Source: an uncultured virus (IMG/VR IMGVR_UViG_3300025128_000023) (taxonomy: Duplodnaviria > Heunggongvirae > Uroviricota > Caudoviricetes). From it: DNA of 20,000 bases. A model generated the notes under the pieces. It was not told where the DNA came from. It saw nothing but the letters and a program-made list of their open reading frames with translations, and searched no databases. The stretch lies in the IMG/VR virus record IMGVR_UViG_3300025128_000023; one strand, written 5' to 3'. Shown one piece after another: positions 9,306-15,744 of this stretch (position 1 is the stretch's first letter; each line of letters starts with the position of its first letter). The translations under genes and the position numbers were made by a program.

Positions 9306-9472
9306 TGTGTAAATAAAATTAGTAATAATGTTAAGACTAAACAAACAAAGGAGAAAGTAAACAACTTCATGTCTCTTGTATATCTCTGATCAGACTTGCC
9401 TTGTCTACTTCTAAATAGCCTTACTTTTTTTCTTTTCAGAATCTCCTTACCCTCATTTATATAATGTTTCAT
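9302..9472 (-). CDS. small membrane protein (56 aa)
   Basis: Manual ORF MKHYINEGKEILKRKKVRLFRSRQGKSDQRYTRDMKLFTFSFVCLVLTLLLILFTQ; ATGA overlaps at both ends; hydrophobic C-terminus. Confidence 0.65.
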   Translation of the reverse strand: MKHYINEGKEILKRKKVRLFRSRQGKSDQRYTRDMKLFTFSFVCLVLTLLLILFTQ

Positions 9473-9654
9473 TTTTTTGTTCTTAGCTTTTTAATAATTC
9501 TTATTGCTTGTTTCATTTTTTTGTCCAGGTGGTTTTCTAAAGCCTCTACCCTGTGCACTAAAAAATTGATACGATCTTCGTTGTAATTCATAGCTTCTTT
9601 AAGTTTTTTGTTTTCGTTATATATTTTATCTATACTACTCATCTTTAAATCCAT
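9469..9654 (-). CDS. hypothetical coiled-coil protein
   Basis: 61 aa ORF in the tightly packed operon. Confidence 0.6.
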   Translation of the reverse strand: MDLKMSSIDKIYNENKKLKEAMNYNEDRINFLVHRVEALENHLDKKMKQAIRIIKKLRTKK

Positions 9655-9826
9655 ATACTATCCAGGACTTATCAGTTTCGCCTATGGCATCACTGATCCA
9701 CCATTCATTATTTCTATTATTGAAATACTCAATCTCACTCATTAAGTGATCTTGCTCAAACTCTTTCGAGATAATTACTTTGCCACTGTCCTTGACAGAC
9801 CAAAGCTGTGTAAATAGGTCTTCCAT
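9635..9826 (-). CDS. hypothetical protein
   Basis: 63 aa acidic ORF; ATG overlaps the end of the hairpin motif. Confidence 0.6.
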   Translation of the reverse strand: MEDLFTQLWSVKDSGKVIISKEFEQDHLMSEIEYFNNRNNEWWISDAIGETDKSWIVYGFKDE

Positions 9827-9869
9827 CTACCACCACAAGCCCACACCTTTTGAGTGTGAGCTGGGCAGT
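9826..9869 (-). ncRNA. unrecognised structured RNA motif, copy 2
   Basis: ACUGCC-C-AGCUCACACU-CAAAA-GGUGUGGGCU-UGU-GGUGGU-AGA; same architecture as 13646-13691. Confidence 0.55.
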
Positions 9870-9908
9870 TCTAAACTAACTAATTATAACACTTGATCCA
9901 TAAGTAGA

Positions 9909-10055
9909 CTAAATAAAGTAGTGTGGATCATCACTATCTTTATCGCTTTTATATTCTTTAATAGGAAAAAGGTCTGACAGAAATTTGTCAAAGACTTTCT
10001 CTTGGTACTTTATCAAGTTAGCTTGATTGTTCTTACTTTGTTTTGATTTAACCAT
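9909..10055 (-). CDS. small hypothetical protein (48 aa)
   Basis: Manual ORF MVKSKQSKNNQANLIKYQEKVFDKFLSDLFPIKEYKSDKDSDDPHYFI, with an A-rich leader downstream of a promoter. Confidence 0.55.
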   Translation of the reverse strand: MVKSKQSKNNQANLIKYQEKVFDKFLSDLFPIKEYKSDKDSDDPHYFI

Positions 10056-10083
10056 AGATTTAATTTTAATTATAACACACTTG

Positions 10084-10115
10084 CAAATAAAAGGAATTTC
10101 TAAATCAATTCCAAA
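10084..10115 (-). promoter_or_regulatory. Bacteroidota sigma70-type promoter
   Basis: minus strand TTTG-N20-TTTATTTG, one mismatch to TTTG-N19-21-TAnnTTTG. Confidence 0.55.
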
Positions 10116-10301
10116 TTATTTCTTTTTAAATTTTATTATTTCAAAATTTTTAGCCCCAAAGGGTGCTTGTTGTTCTGCTTTTTGAATGGCTTGTCGAGGA
10201 CTTATTGCCTCGACTTCCACTCTATCGTAATCGTAGCCACAATCTTCATCTCCATGAAAATGCAGAAACCAATACTCAACTATATATTCCTTTATTGGCA
10301 T
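10116..10301 (-). CDS. hypothetical protein
   Basis: 61 aa ORF, overlaps the upstream gene end. Confidence 0.65.
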   Translation of the reverse strand: MPIKEYIVEYWFLHFHGDEDCGYDYDRVEVEAISPRQAIQKAEQQAPFGAKNFEIIKFKKK

Positions 10302-10690
10302 AATCCAGTCCCCCTTGTTATTCCAGTTTGAACAAACTCCATAACCTCTATCTCATTGTGCTCTATATTGATTGTGCCCATATCATCAAACTCTTCTCCC
10401 CTCCATCTCACACGACCAGTGATTGAAAGGTTGTTGGGTTTGAAGAAATACTTTATTAAGTATTCTAACCAATCGATGTAGCTATAAAACTTCTCGCCCC
10501 CATCCCATATTAAATAATGAGTGTCGGCATATTCTTCTACAATCCATTGTAGCCATATTGAAGGCTTTCCATTTGGTTGATAACCATCTTCGTGCCTTGT
10601 TTCATAAAGAGTGTTCATTGCTTTTAACTCTTTCTTTGTCAGTTTACGATTAAATTCAAACTGACCATCAAATTCTGTTGTATATCCCAT
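10292..10690 (-). CDS. phage protein of unknown function
   Basis: 132 aa, Trp/Gly-rich: MGYTTEFDG...WLQW...WDGGEKFYSYIDWLEYLI...WRGEE. Confidence 0.75.
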   Translation of the reverse strand: MGYTTEFDGQFEFNRKLTKKELKAMNTLYETRHEDGYQPNGKPSIWLQWIVEEYADTHYLIWDGGEKFYSYIDWLEYLIKYFFKPNNLSITGRVRWRGEEFDDMGTINIEHNEIEVMEFVQTGITRGTGLCQ

Positions 10691-10692
10691 AA

Positions 10693-11085
10693 TTATAAAT
10701 TTTTATATTGTTTTAATTGATTATTAACTGAGTCCAGGAGATAGGTTGTTACCTCCGATTGCAGATCTGCAACATAGTCCCAAAAGTATTCAAGATGGTT
10801 GTCCAGATCCTCTACAGCTTTAAGACTAAGATTAGGATCATGCTCTCGGATGTCTCCTAAAATTCTCATCACATAAGTATTTAATTCATTTTGAAGAAAA
10901 TCTATTGGCTTCTTGTCATAGTTATGCAAGTGTGTCCACTCTATATTAAAGGTCAACAAACTTTCGTAGTCTTCCTTTTCTCTATATGAGTTGTGGTCTT
11001 CTAACCACTTATCGACATCATTTGTTACTCCTACTATATACTCTCTCCCAGTGGATTCAGTATATTTAATTATTGCTATTTTCAT
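10693..11085 (-). CDS. hypothetical acidic protein
   Basis: 130 aa ORF with A-rich leader. Confidence 0.7.
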   Translation of the reverse strand: MKIAIIKYTESTGREYIVGVTNDVDKWLEDHNSYREKEDYESLLTFNIEWTHLHNYDKKPIDFLQNELNTYVMRILGDIREHDPNLSLKAVEDLDNHLEYFWDYVADLQSEVTTYLLDSVNNQLKQYKNL

Positions 11086-11096
11086 ATTAATTTAAA

Positions 11097-11312
11097 TTAA
11101 TTTTTAATTATTTCAGTTACCTCTTCAATCTCCAAGTCTAACTCACTTGCCACATAATTAATGTGCTTTTGAGTTGTTTGAGACCAGTAGCCCAGTTGAT
11201 AAAGTTTGTTATTAACTCCATCAATCTGAGCCACTCTCGTTGAATAAGAGTAGATGTCATCACCTACTCTTGTCAAGTTCGCTTTGTATTTGTCAAATTT
11301 TTCTATTGCCAT
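11097..11312 (-). CDS. small phage protein of unknown function
   Basis: 71 aa; YSYSTRVA...WSQTTQKHIN pattern. Confidence 0.7.
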   Translation of the reverse strand: MAIEKFDKYKANLTRVGDDIYSYSTRVAQIDGVNNKLYQLGYWSQTTQKHINYVASELDLEIEEVTEIIKN

Positions 11313-11322
11313 ATCCTTTAAT

Positions 11323-11451
11323 TTAAATTGTTATACCTAAAAAGAATACTGCATAAGACATATACACAATGCCAAAGCATGCTAATGTTCCCAAGATCCA
11401 AGCTACTCCCATAAAGAAGTAGTGTGTAATAATACTGATTTGATTTTTCAT
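11323..11451 (-). CDS. small membrane protein (42 aa)
   Basis: Manual ORF MKNQISIITHYFFMGVAWILGTLACFGIVYMSYAVFFLGITI; starts 24 nt after the predicted HH-C cut. Confidence 0.6.
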   Translation of the reverse strand: MKNQISIITHYFFMGVAWILGTLACFGIVYMSYAVFFLGITI

Positions 11452-11470
11452 AAATTTAATTTTTAATTAT

Positions 11471-11547
11471 ACATTGACTTTCATTTGAAGGGGAGGCAAC
11501 CTCCCCCATTTAAGTTTCGCCTTGCTCTCAAAGGCTCATCAGAATGT
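11471..11547 (-). ncRNA. type I hammerhead ribozyme (HH-C)
   Basis: ACAUU-CUGAUGA-GCCUU(UGAGAGC)AAGGC-GAA-ACUU[AAAUGGGGGAGGUUGCCUCCCCUUCAAAUGA]AAGU-C^AAUGU; intact core and GUC site, cut between 11476 and 11475. Confidence 0.9.
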
Positions 11548-11549
11548 TT

Positions 11550-11693
11550 CTAATCGTAAAATTTGTGACCTTGATTCTCGTGCCAACTATTAAAGGCATT
11601 TGGATATTCTCTCATCACATAGTTGTGAAGGTCCATCAACTCCTCGATTTCTTGTATCAATTCTTTTTTACTCATCTTTTTATAGTAATTCAT
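11550..11693 (-). CDS. small hypothetical protein (47 aa)
   Basis: Manual ORF MNYYKKMSKKELIQEIEELMDLHNYVMREYPNAFNSWHENQGHKFYD; stop 2 nt before HH-C. Confidence 0.6.
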   Translation of the reverse strand: MNYYKKMSKKELIQEIEELMDLHNYVMREYPNAFNSWHENQGHKFYD

Positions 11694-11703
11694 ATTTATA
11701 GTT

Positions 11704-11928
11704 TTAAAATAATTCTTCTTGTGTTTTTTCCCACTTATCTATCTCAGATCTGATCTGAGATTCTTGATCAAGAATATCTTTACAATATTCTATCAAGTCT
11801 TTTAGTGATTCTATTTCACTATCGGAGGTTGTTTCATAGTCTATGAAGTCTCCATCAAGAATTGCATTTGCACAATCCTCTAAATCCATTGCAGTATTTT
11901 CAAATCTGCAGTAACTCATATTTGCCAT
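11704..11928 (-). CDS. small acidic phage protein
   Basis: MANMSYCRFENT..DL.DC N-terminus, very D/E rich. Confidence 0.7.
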   Translation of the reverse strand: MANMSYCRFENTAMDLEDCANAILDGDFIDYETTSDSEIESLKDLIEYCKDILDQESQIRSEIDKWEKTQEELF

Positions 11929-11929
11929 A

Positions 11930-12592
11930 TTATTTATTTATTAAATTGATTATTTTTTCACTTGCTAACATTACCTCCTCACATAGTTGTGAAGGGATTT
12001 TGCTTTTGTCATAATAGGATTTGATTCCTTGTGTTCCAGTCTGTGAGCCTCTTGGTGCACTTTGGTGGCAAGAGTCTCCATTCTTACACATTGGTTTACT
12101 TACCCATAATGGATTGTTATTCCATATGTCAGTTGGTTTCATTCTTGTATCTCCATACTGACAATAGGTAACTCCATTTAGTTTCCAAGCCTTATTGAAA
12201 TGGTTTTCCCATTTAGGATATTTTCTCATTTTTCCACGAGGGTTCTCCACATACCAAACAAGGTTTGGATTCAAGGTCTGAAAATGTTTTATGATTTCAA
12301 GAGTCTTCTCTAACATTGCAACACCTTTCTTTGCATTGTCTGTTTTAGGTGTGAAGACTTCTCCCTTTACCCAATGCCTTCCAATACTTGCCACACTAAA
12401 TGATTCACAAGGTGGAGATGCCCAAATCATATTTGGAATAAAAGGCACTTTGTTCACATCAAACTCCATTATGTCAACTACATAATTGGTGTTTGGAAAA
12501 TCATTGAAGTCGGAGGAGAACACATTATGTCCTCTCTCCTCTCCAATTTTGCCGATGCTTCGGCTACCACTAAATAATTCTAATACATTCAT
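11930..12592 (-). CDS. short C5-cytosine methyltransferase-like protein
   Basis: LELFSG (I), WASPPC (IV), VENP (VI), YCQYG...KPTDIW; no long TRD. Confidence 0.8.
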   Translation of the reverse strand: MNVLELFSGSRSIGKIGEERGHNVFSSDFNDFPNTNYVVDIMEFDVNKVPFIPNMIWASPPCESFSVASIGRHWVKGEVFTPKTDNAKKGVAMLEKTLEIIKHFQTLNPNLVWYVENPRGKMRKYPKWENHFNKAWKLNGVTYCQYGDTRMKPTDIWNNNPLWVSKPMCKNGDSCHQSAPRGSQTGTQGIKSYYDKSKIPSQLCEEVMLASEKIINLINK

Positions 12593-12595
12593 AGT

Positions 12596-12925
12596 TTATT
12601 GGTTTATCATATCAACTTTTATTTTGAACTGAGATATAAGTAAATGTTCTATCTCATCATATTTATTATTGAAGAAATCTTGTGCCTCTTCAGTATAGTT
12701 ATATGATTGTTCAGATTCATTCCACACTGATTCTTTGTGGTTAAATTTCTCGGCAGTTATTTCTGATGTTATATCACAAACAACTTGCAAGAAAATAGAG
12801 TTAGGAATTATTTGACAATTAAAATATAATTCCATTGTGTCAAGAAATTCTTGCTTATTGATTTTATCATTATCATACTCATCAAGTAGATTATGAAATG
12901 TTAATAAATTAAATTTTTCAATCAT
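12596..12925 (-). CDS. hypothetical acidic protein
   Basis: 109 aa ORF starting 27 nt after the predicted HH-B cut. Confidence 0.7.
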   Translation of the reverse strand: MIEKFNLLTFHNLLDEYDNDKINKQEFLDTMELYFNCQIIPNSIFLQVVCDITSEITAEKFNHKESVWNESEQSYNYTEEAQDFFNNKYDEIEHLLISQFKIKVDMINQ

Positions 12926-12945
12926 TTTTTTTAATTTTTAAGTTT

Positions 12946-13012
12946 AGACATTGACACCTCCAAAAGATCCTATGGAGGTGTTTCGGACTATGAGTCCATC
13001 ATCAGAATGCCT
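12946..13012 (-). ncRNA. type I hammerhead ribozyme (HH-B)
   Basis: AGGCAUU-CUGAUGA-U-GGACU(CAU)AGUCC-GAA-ACACCUCCA(UAGGAUCUUU)UGGAGGUGU-C^AAUGUCU; cut between 12953 and 12952. Confidence 0.92.
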
Positions 13013-13611
13013 CAAATTACATAGATGATGTCTCCTTTATTTGTCTTATAGTTATAGTGTAGCATTGCCCCTCCATCATTTCCTTCATCATCCATTTGAG
13101 GAATTAAACAAGTCTTGTTGTCTAACTCTAATACAAGTGGACTATAATTCCAACCCATATTGCCACATTCAGAGGGTTGAAGATATCTAACTTTAGTTAT
13201 CTTTCTACCTACTAAATGAGCCCATTTGTTTTCGTGCATTTCTCTTGTTCTTTTTGCCTCTATTTTATTTCTCAATTCTTCGGTAAGTACAGACATATCA
13301 ACATCAGATTCTCTCCTTCTTCTTGTCTGCTCATCTCTTTGGTTTCTTGCCTCTCTTCTTTTCTTTAACCAACCTTTTCTATTGGCAACAAATAACCTTC
13401 CTTCATCAGTCATAGAATACAATCCTTTGTCTTCTCTTTGGATTAGATTTTGGCTTACCCACTCTTGAAGAGCATCGGCATAATAGCCTTGTCTAACCAC
13501 ATATGTTTCCAGTTTATTACCTTGTGCAATCCAAATTTGTTTTTGGATATCTTGTCTTGTGAAAGTCCCCTCAACTTTTGAGAGTGCTTTAATTACTTTT
13601 GTTTTTATCAT
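13012..13611 (-). CDS. hypothetical two-domain protein (possible N-terminal winged helix)
   Basis: N-terminal ...LIQREDKGLYSMTDEG (wing-like), charged linker, C-terminal LVGRKITKVRYL...DDEGNDGGA. Confidence 0.7.
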   Translation of the reverse strand: MIKTKVIKALSKVEGTFTRQDIQKQIWIAQGNKLETYVVRQGYYADALQEWVSQNLIQREDKGLYSMTDEGRLFVANRKGWLKKRREARNQRDEQTRRRRESDVDMSVLTEELRNKIEAKRTREMHENKWAHLVGRKITKVRYLQPSECGNMGWNYSPLVLELDNKTCLIPQMDDEGNDGGAMLHYNYKTNKGDIIYVI

Positions 13612-13645
13612 AATTATTTATTTAGTGTTAAAATTAATTTCGTTT

Positions 13646-13691
13646 TCTACCACCAAAACCCCACTATTTTCATAGTGAGGCATTAGGAGGT
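13646..13691 (-). ncRNA. unrecognised structured RNA motif, copy 1
   Basis: ACCUCC-UAAU-GCCUCACUAU-GAAA-AUAGUGGGGU-UUU-GGUGGU-AGA. Confidence 0.55.
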
Positions 13692-13700
13692 TTTTGAGGT

Positions 13701-14033
13701 TTATATCTCTTCATTATACATCCAATCACAATACATTGTTTTCGGAGGTTTATTCATATGTTTTGATGTTTGCAATCCATCTTGAAAGCCCTTTTCCCAC
13801 TCCACAATATTATAGTTATGTGCAGAGTCATTTCCTTGTTCAATCTCATTTAAATAATATTGTTCTTCCTTTGAACTGGCTTCAATGTTTTCATCAATTC
13901 TTTTGTTTTGTGCCTCTAAGATGAAGTTATAAAAGCCCATAGCCATAATAAATTCCTCTTCATCTTGGTTGTTTCTTTCTTCTACTTTAGCATAATATTG
14001 CTCCCATAGTAAGTTGAAATCTAAATCTTTCAT
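13701..14033 (-). CDS. hypothetical acidic protein
   Basis: 110 aa ORF starting 26 nt after the predicted HH-A cut. Confidence 0.7.
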   Translation of the reverse strand: MKDLDFNLLWEQYYAKVEERNNQDEEEFIMAMGFYNFILEAQNKRIDENIEASSKEEQYYLNEIEQGNDSAHNYNIVEWEKGFQDGLQTSKHMNKPPKTMYCDWMYNEEI

Positions 14034-14053
14034 TTTAATTGTTTTTTAGTGTT

Positions 14054-14115
14054 AAATCTGACACCGAAAAAATCGGTGTTTCGTAGGTGTTTAAACCTTT
14101 ACTCATCGGAGATTT
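14054..14115 (-). ncRNA. type I hammerhead ribozyme with U4C core variant (HH-A)
   Basis: AAAUCU-CCGAUGA-GU(AA)AGGU(UUAAAC)ACCUAC-GAA-ACACCGA(UUUUU)UCGGUGU-C^AGAUUU; cut between 14060 and 14059. Confidence 0.8.
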
Positions 14116-14116
14116 T

Positions 14117-14605
14117 TTAACTTCTTTCAATTATTTCATCCTCGACTTCTTTTATTAGTTCTTCGGTTATTCTTTGCCCTCTAAAATCACAGATGGCTTT
14201 GAGATTATACATCAATTCTTGCCCTCTCCAATATGCATAATGATTTACTAATTTTTCGGCATTGTCAAAGGTGTTGTTTATCTCTCCAAAGTTTTCTTTT
14301 TCTTGCTCTTGGCAATATGTAATTAAATCGAATGTATTTAGATTATTTTCTTTTATAAATTGCTCGGCTTGATAATAGCCAATAATAAAATAATCTTCAT
14401 TAAATAAATGATGGTGCAAGTCATCAAAATATTGCCCCTCATAATTTTCGATATTATCGGCAATATGATTAATTAAATCTAAGTCGGCTTCTTGTGTGTG
14501 TGCATTCATATTAATTGTTGTTTGTGTTGGTTCTACTTTTGGAAATCTTTTTGCTATATATTTTTTTAGCTCTTCCCCTTTTAATTCTGTTGTTAAATTA
14601 CTCAT
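14117..14605 (-). CDS. acidic early protein, possibly Ocr-like antirestriction / DNA mimic
   Basis: First sizeable gene of the operon; acidic; DDLHHHLFNEDYFIIGYYQA...ENFGE...EKLVNHYAY, loosely resembling Ocr (DDLH). Confidence 0.45.
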   Translation of the reverse strand: MSNLTTELKGEELKKYIAKRFPKVEPTQTTINMNAHTQEADLDLINHIADNIENYEGQYFDDLHHHLFNEDYFIIGYYQAEQFIKENNLNTFDLITYCQEQEKENFGEINNTFDNAEKLVNHYAYWRGQELMYNLKAICDFRGQRITEELIKEVEDEIIERS

Positions 14606-14607
14606 AG

Positions 14608-14697
14608 TTATAAATTTAAATTGTTAATAAAGTTTTCTAATTCTTGGCAGTTATTTTGAATGGTTGCAAGTTCCATTTCATAAGATAAATTTTTCAT
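14608..14697 (-). CDS. small leader ORF (29 aa)
   Basis: Manual ORF MKNLSYEMELATIQNNCQELENFINNLNL, directly after the promoter. Confidence 0.45.
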   Translation of the reverse strand: MKNLSYEMELATIQNNCQELENFINNLNL

Positions 14698-14739
14698 AAT
14701 GTGTTATAATTAAGTTTTAATTAATTTCTATTTCTGTTC

Positions 14740-14747
14740 CAAAACTA
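14740..14747 (-). promoter_or_regulatory. Bacteroidota -7 element of the putative early promoter
   Basis: TAGTTTTG on the minus strand, exact TAnnTTTG, upstream of the first minus-strand ORF; no clear -33 TTTG. Confidence 0.55.
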
Positions 14748-14849
14748 TGAATAACAATCGGAATAAAAAAATTTATTTCTATTTTATTTCTAAATTAATT
14801 TATAAGTGATTGAGTTACAGCTGTTTATGTCATCAAAAATAGATCTAAA

Positions 14850-15150
14850 ATGGGGTTAATTTGTTTGGGTTTTGTGGGTGTCGGTGTGGGGTTAAGAGAT
14901 TCCTCTCTGTGTTTGTGTGGGGTGTAAGTGGGGGAAGGTGGGAGAATGGGGGAAGGTTAGCCGATAATGAGAGGGAAGGAGAGCAACAACAAGAGCAGAC
15001 AAGAGGAGAAGGGAGGAGAGGCAAGGAGGAGGAGGGCAAAAGTTGAAAAAGTTGCAGAAAAAATTTTAAATAGTCGAGGGGGTAGGCAAAAAAAATCGGT
15101 TTTCGATTGGGGGGGTGGCGACTGTAAACCCATATATAACCCTCAACCCC
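14850..15150 (+). other. G/purine-rich non-coding strand-switch region with a G-quadruplex motif (14919-14952)
   Basis: GGGG-TGTAAGT-GGGGG-AAGGT-GGG-AGAAT-GGGGG; long A/G tract at about 14970-15060. Confidence 0.55.
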
Positions 15151-15181
15151 TATGTATCTGAACACATAAAAATATTTTTAG

Positions 15182-15189
15182 TATCTTTG
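15182..15189 (+). promoter_or_regulatory. Bacteroidota -7 promoter element
   Basis: TATCTTTG, 15 nt before ATG 15205. Confidence 0.55.
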
Positions 15190-15204
15190 TTCAAAACGAA
15201 AGAC

Positions 15205-15420
15205 ATGGCAATGAAAAACGCAACATACTTTAACAATGGTCTTTATATAAAAGATGGCAGATTGGTAAACTACCAAATGGATCCAGGAATGACTGGAATT
15301 AGCCAAGCATCATTGTATAGAAAACAAATGAAAAAACAATATAAGATAGATTGTATCGCAGATGGTATCGAAAGAGCCAAGATGAGAATGGATGGCGATA
15401 AAAATATCTTTGAGTATTAA
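15205..15420 (+). CDS. hypothetical protein (71 aa; start revised from 15115)
   Basis: MAMKNATYFNNGLYIKDGRLVN...; own promoter element and terminator. Confidence 0.65.
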   Translation: MAMKNATYFNNGLYIKDGRLVNYQMDPGMTGISQASLYRKQMKKQYKIDCIADGIERAKMRMDGDKNIFEY

Positions 15421-15456
15421 AAAGAAATTCCCAATTGTTCTGTTTTGATTATTTGT

Positions 15457-15488
15457 GAGAGAGGTTCTAATGAACCTCTTTTCTTTTT
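15457..15488 (+). terminator. intrinsic terminator
   Basis: AGAGGTTC-TAAT-GAACCTCT followed by TTTCTTTTT. Confidence 0.8.
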
Positions 15489-15494
15489 GTACCT

Positions 15495-15690
15495 ACTTCA
15501 ACACTATATCCCAACTTCAACACACTTCAACACTAAATCAACACATCATAACTTACTCTATTTCAGTATATTATATTATTTGTGTTAGTTGTGTTGAAAA
15601 AAACATTAAATTTGTAGACAAGTAACAATATATAATATAGAAAATACTATAGTGCAAAAAAAAAGGACAAACATTAACACAATCAACACA
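15495..15690. repeat. origin-like element 2: iteron-like TCAACAC repeats plus inverted pairs around an AT-rich spacer
   Basis: ACTTCAACAC at 15495, 15514 and 15524, ATCAACAC near 15537; TGTGTTAGTTGTGTTG (15581-15596) inverted to TAACACAATCAACACA (15675-15690). Confidence 0.65.
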
Positions 15691-15744
15691 GATATTAAAA
15701 TAATATATGTATCTTTACTTCATTATAATTAAATAAAATCTTAA

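Noticed and set aside
14845..15165. ORF-track ORFs across the G-rich region (14845-15165 -, 14861-15046 +, 14967-15161 +)
   Set aside because: Low-complexity translations caused by base skew, in several mutually overlapping frames; treated as non-coding.
15495..15545. ACTTCAACAC repeats as a possible CRISPR array
   Set aside because: Repeats are about 10 bp with 0-9 bp spacers and no cas genes; they fit iterons better.
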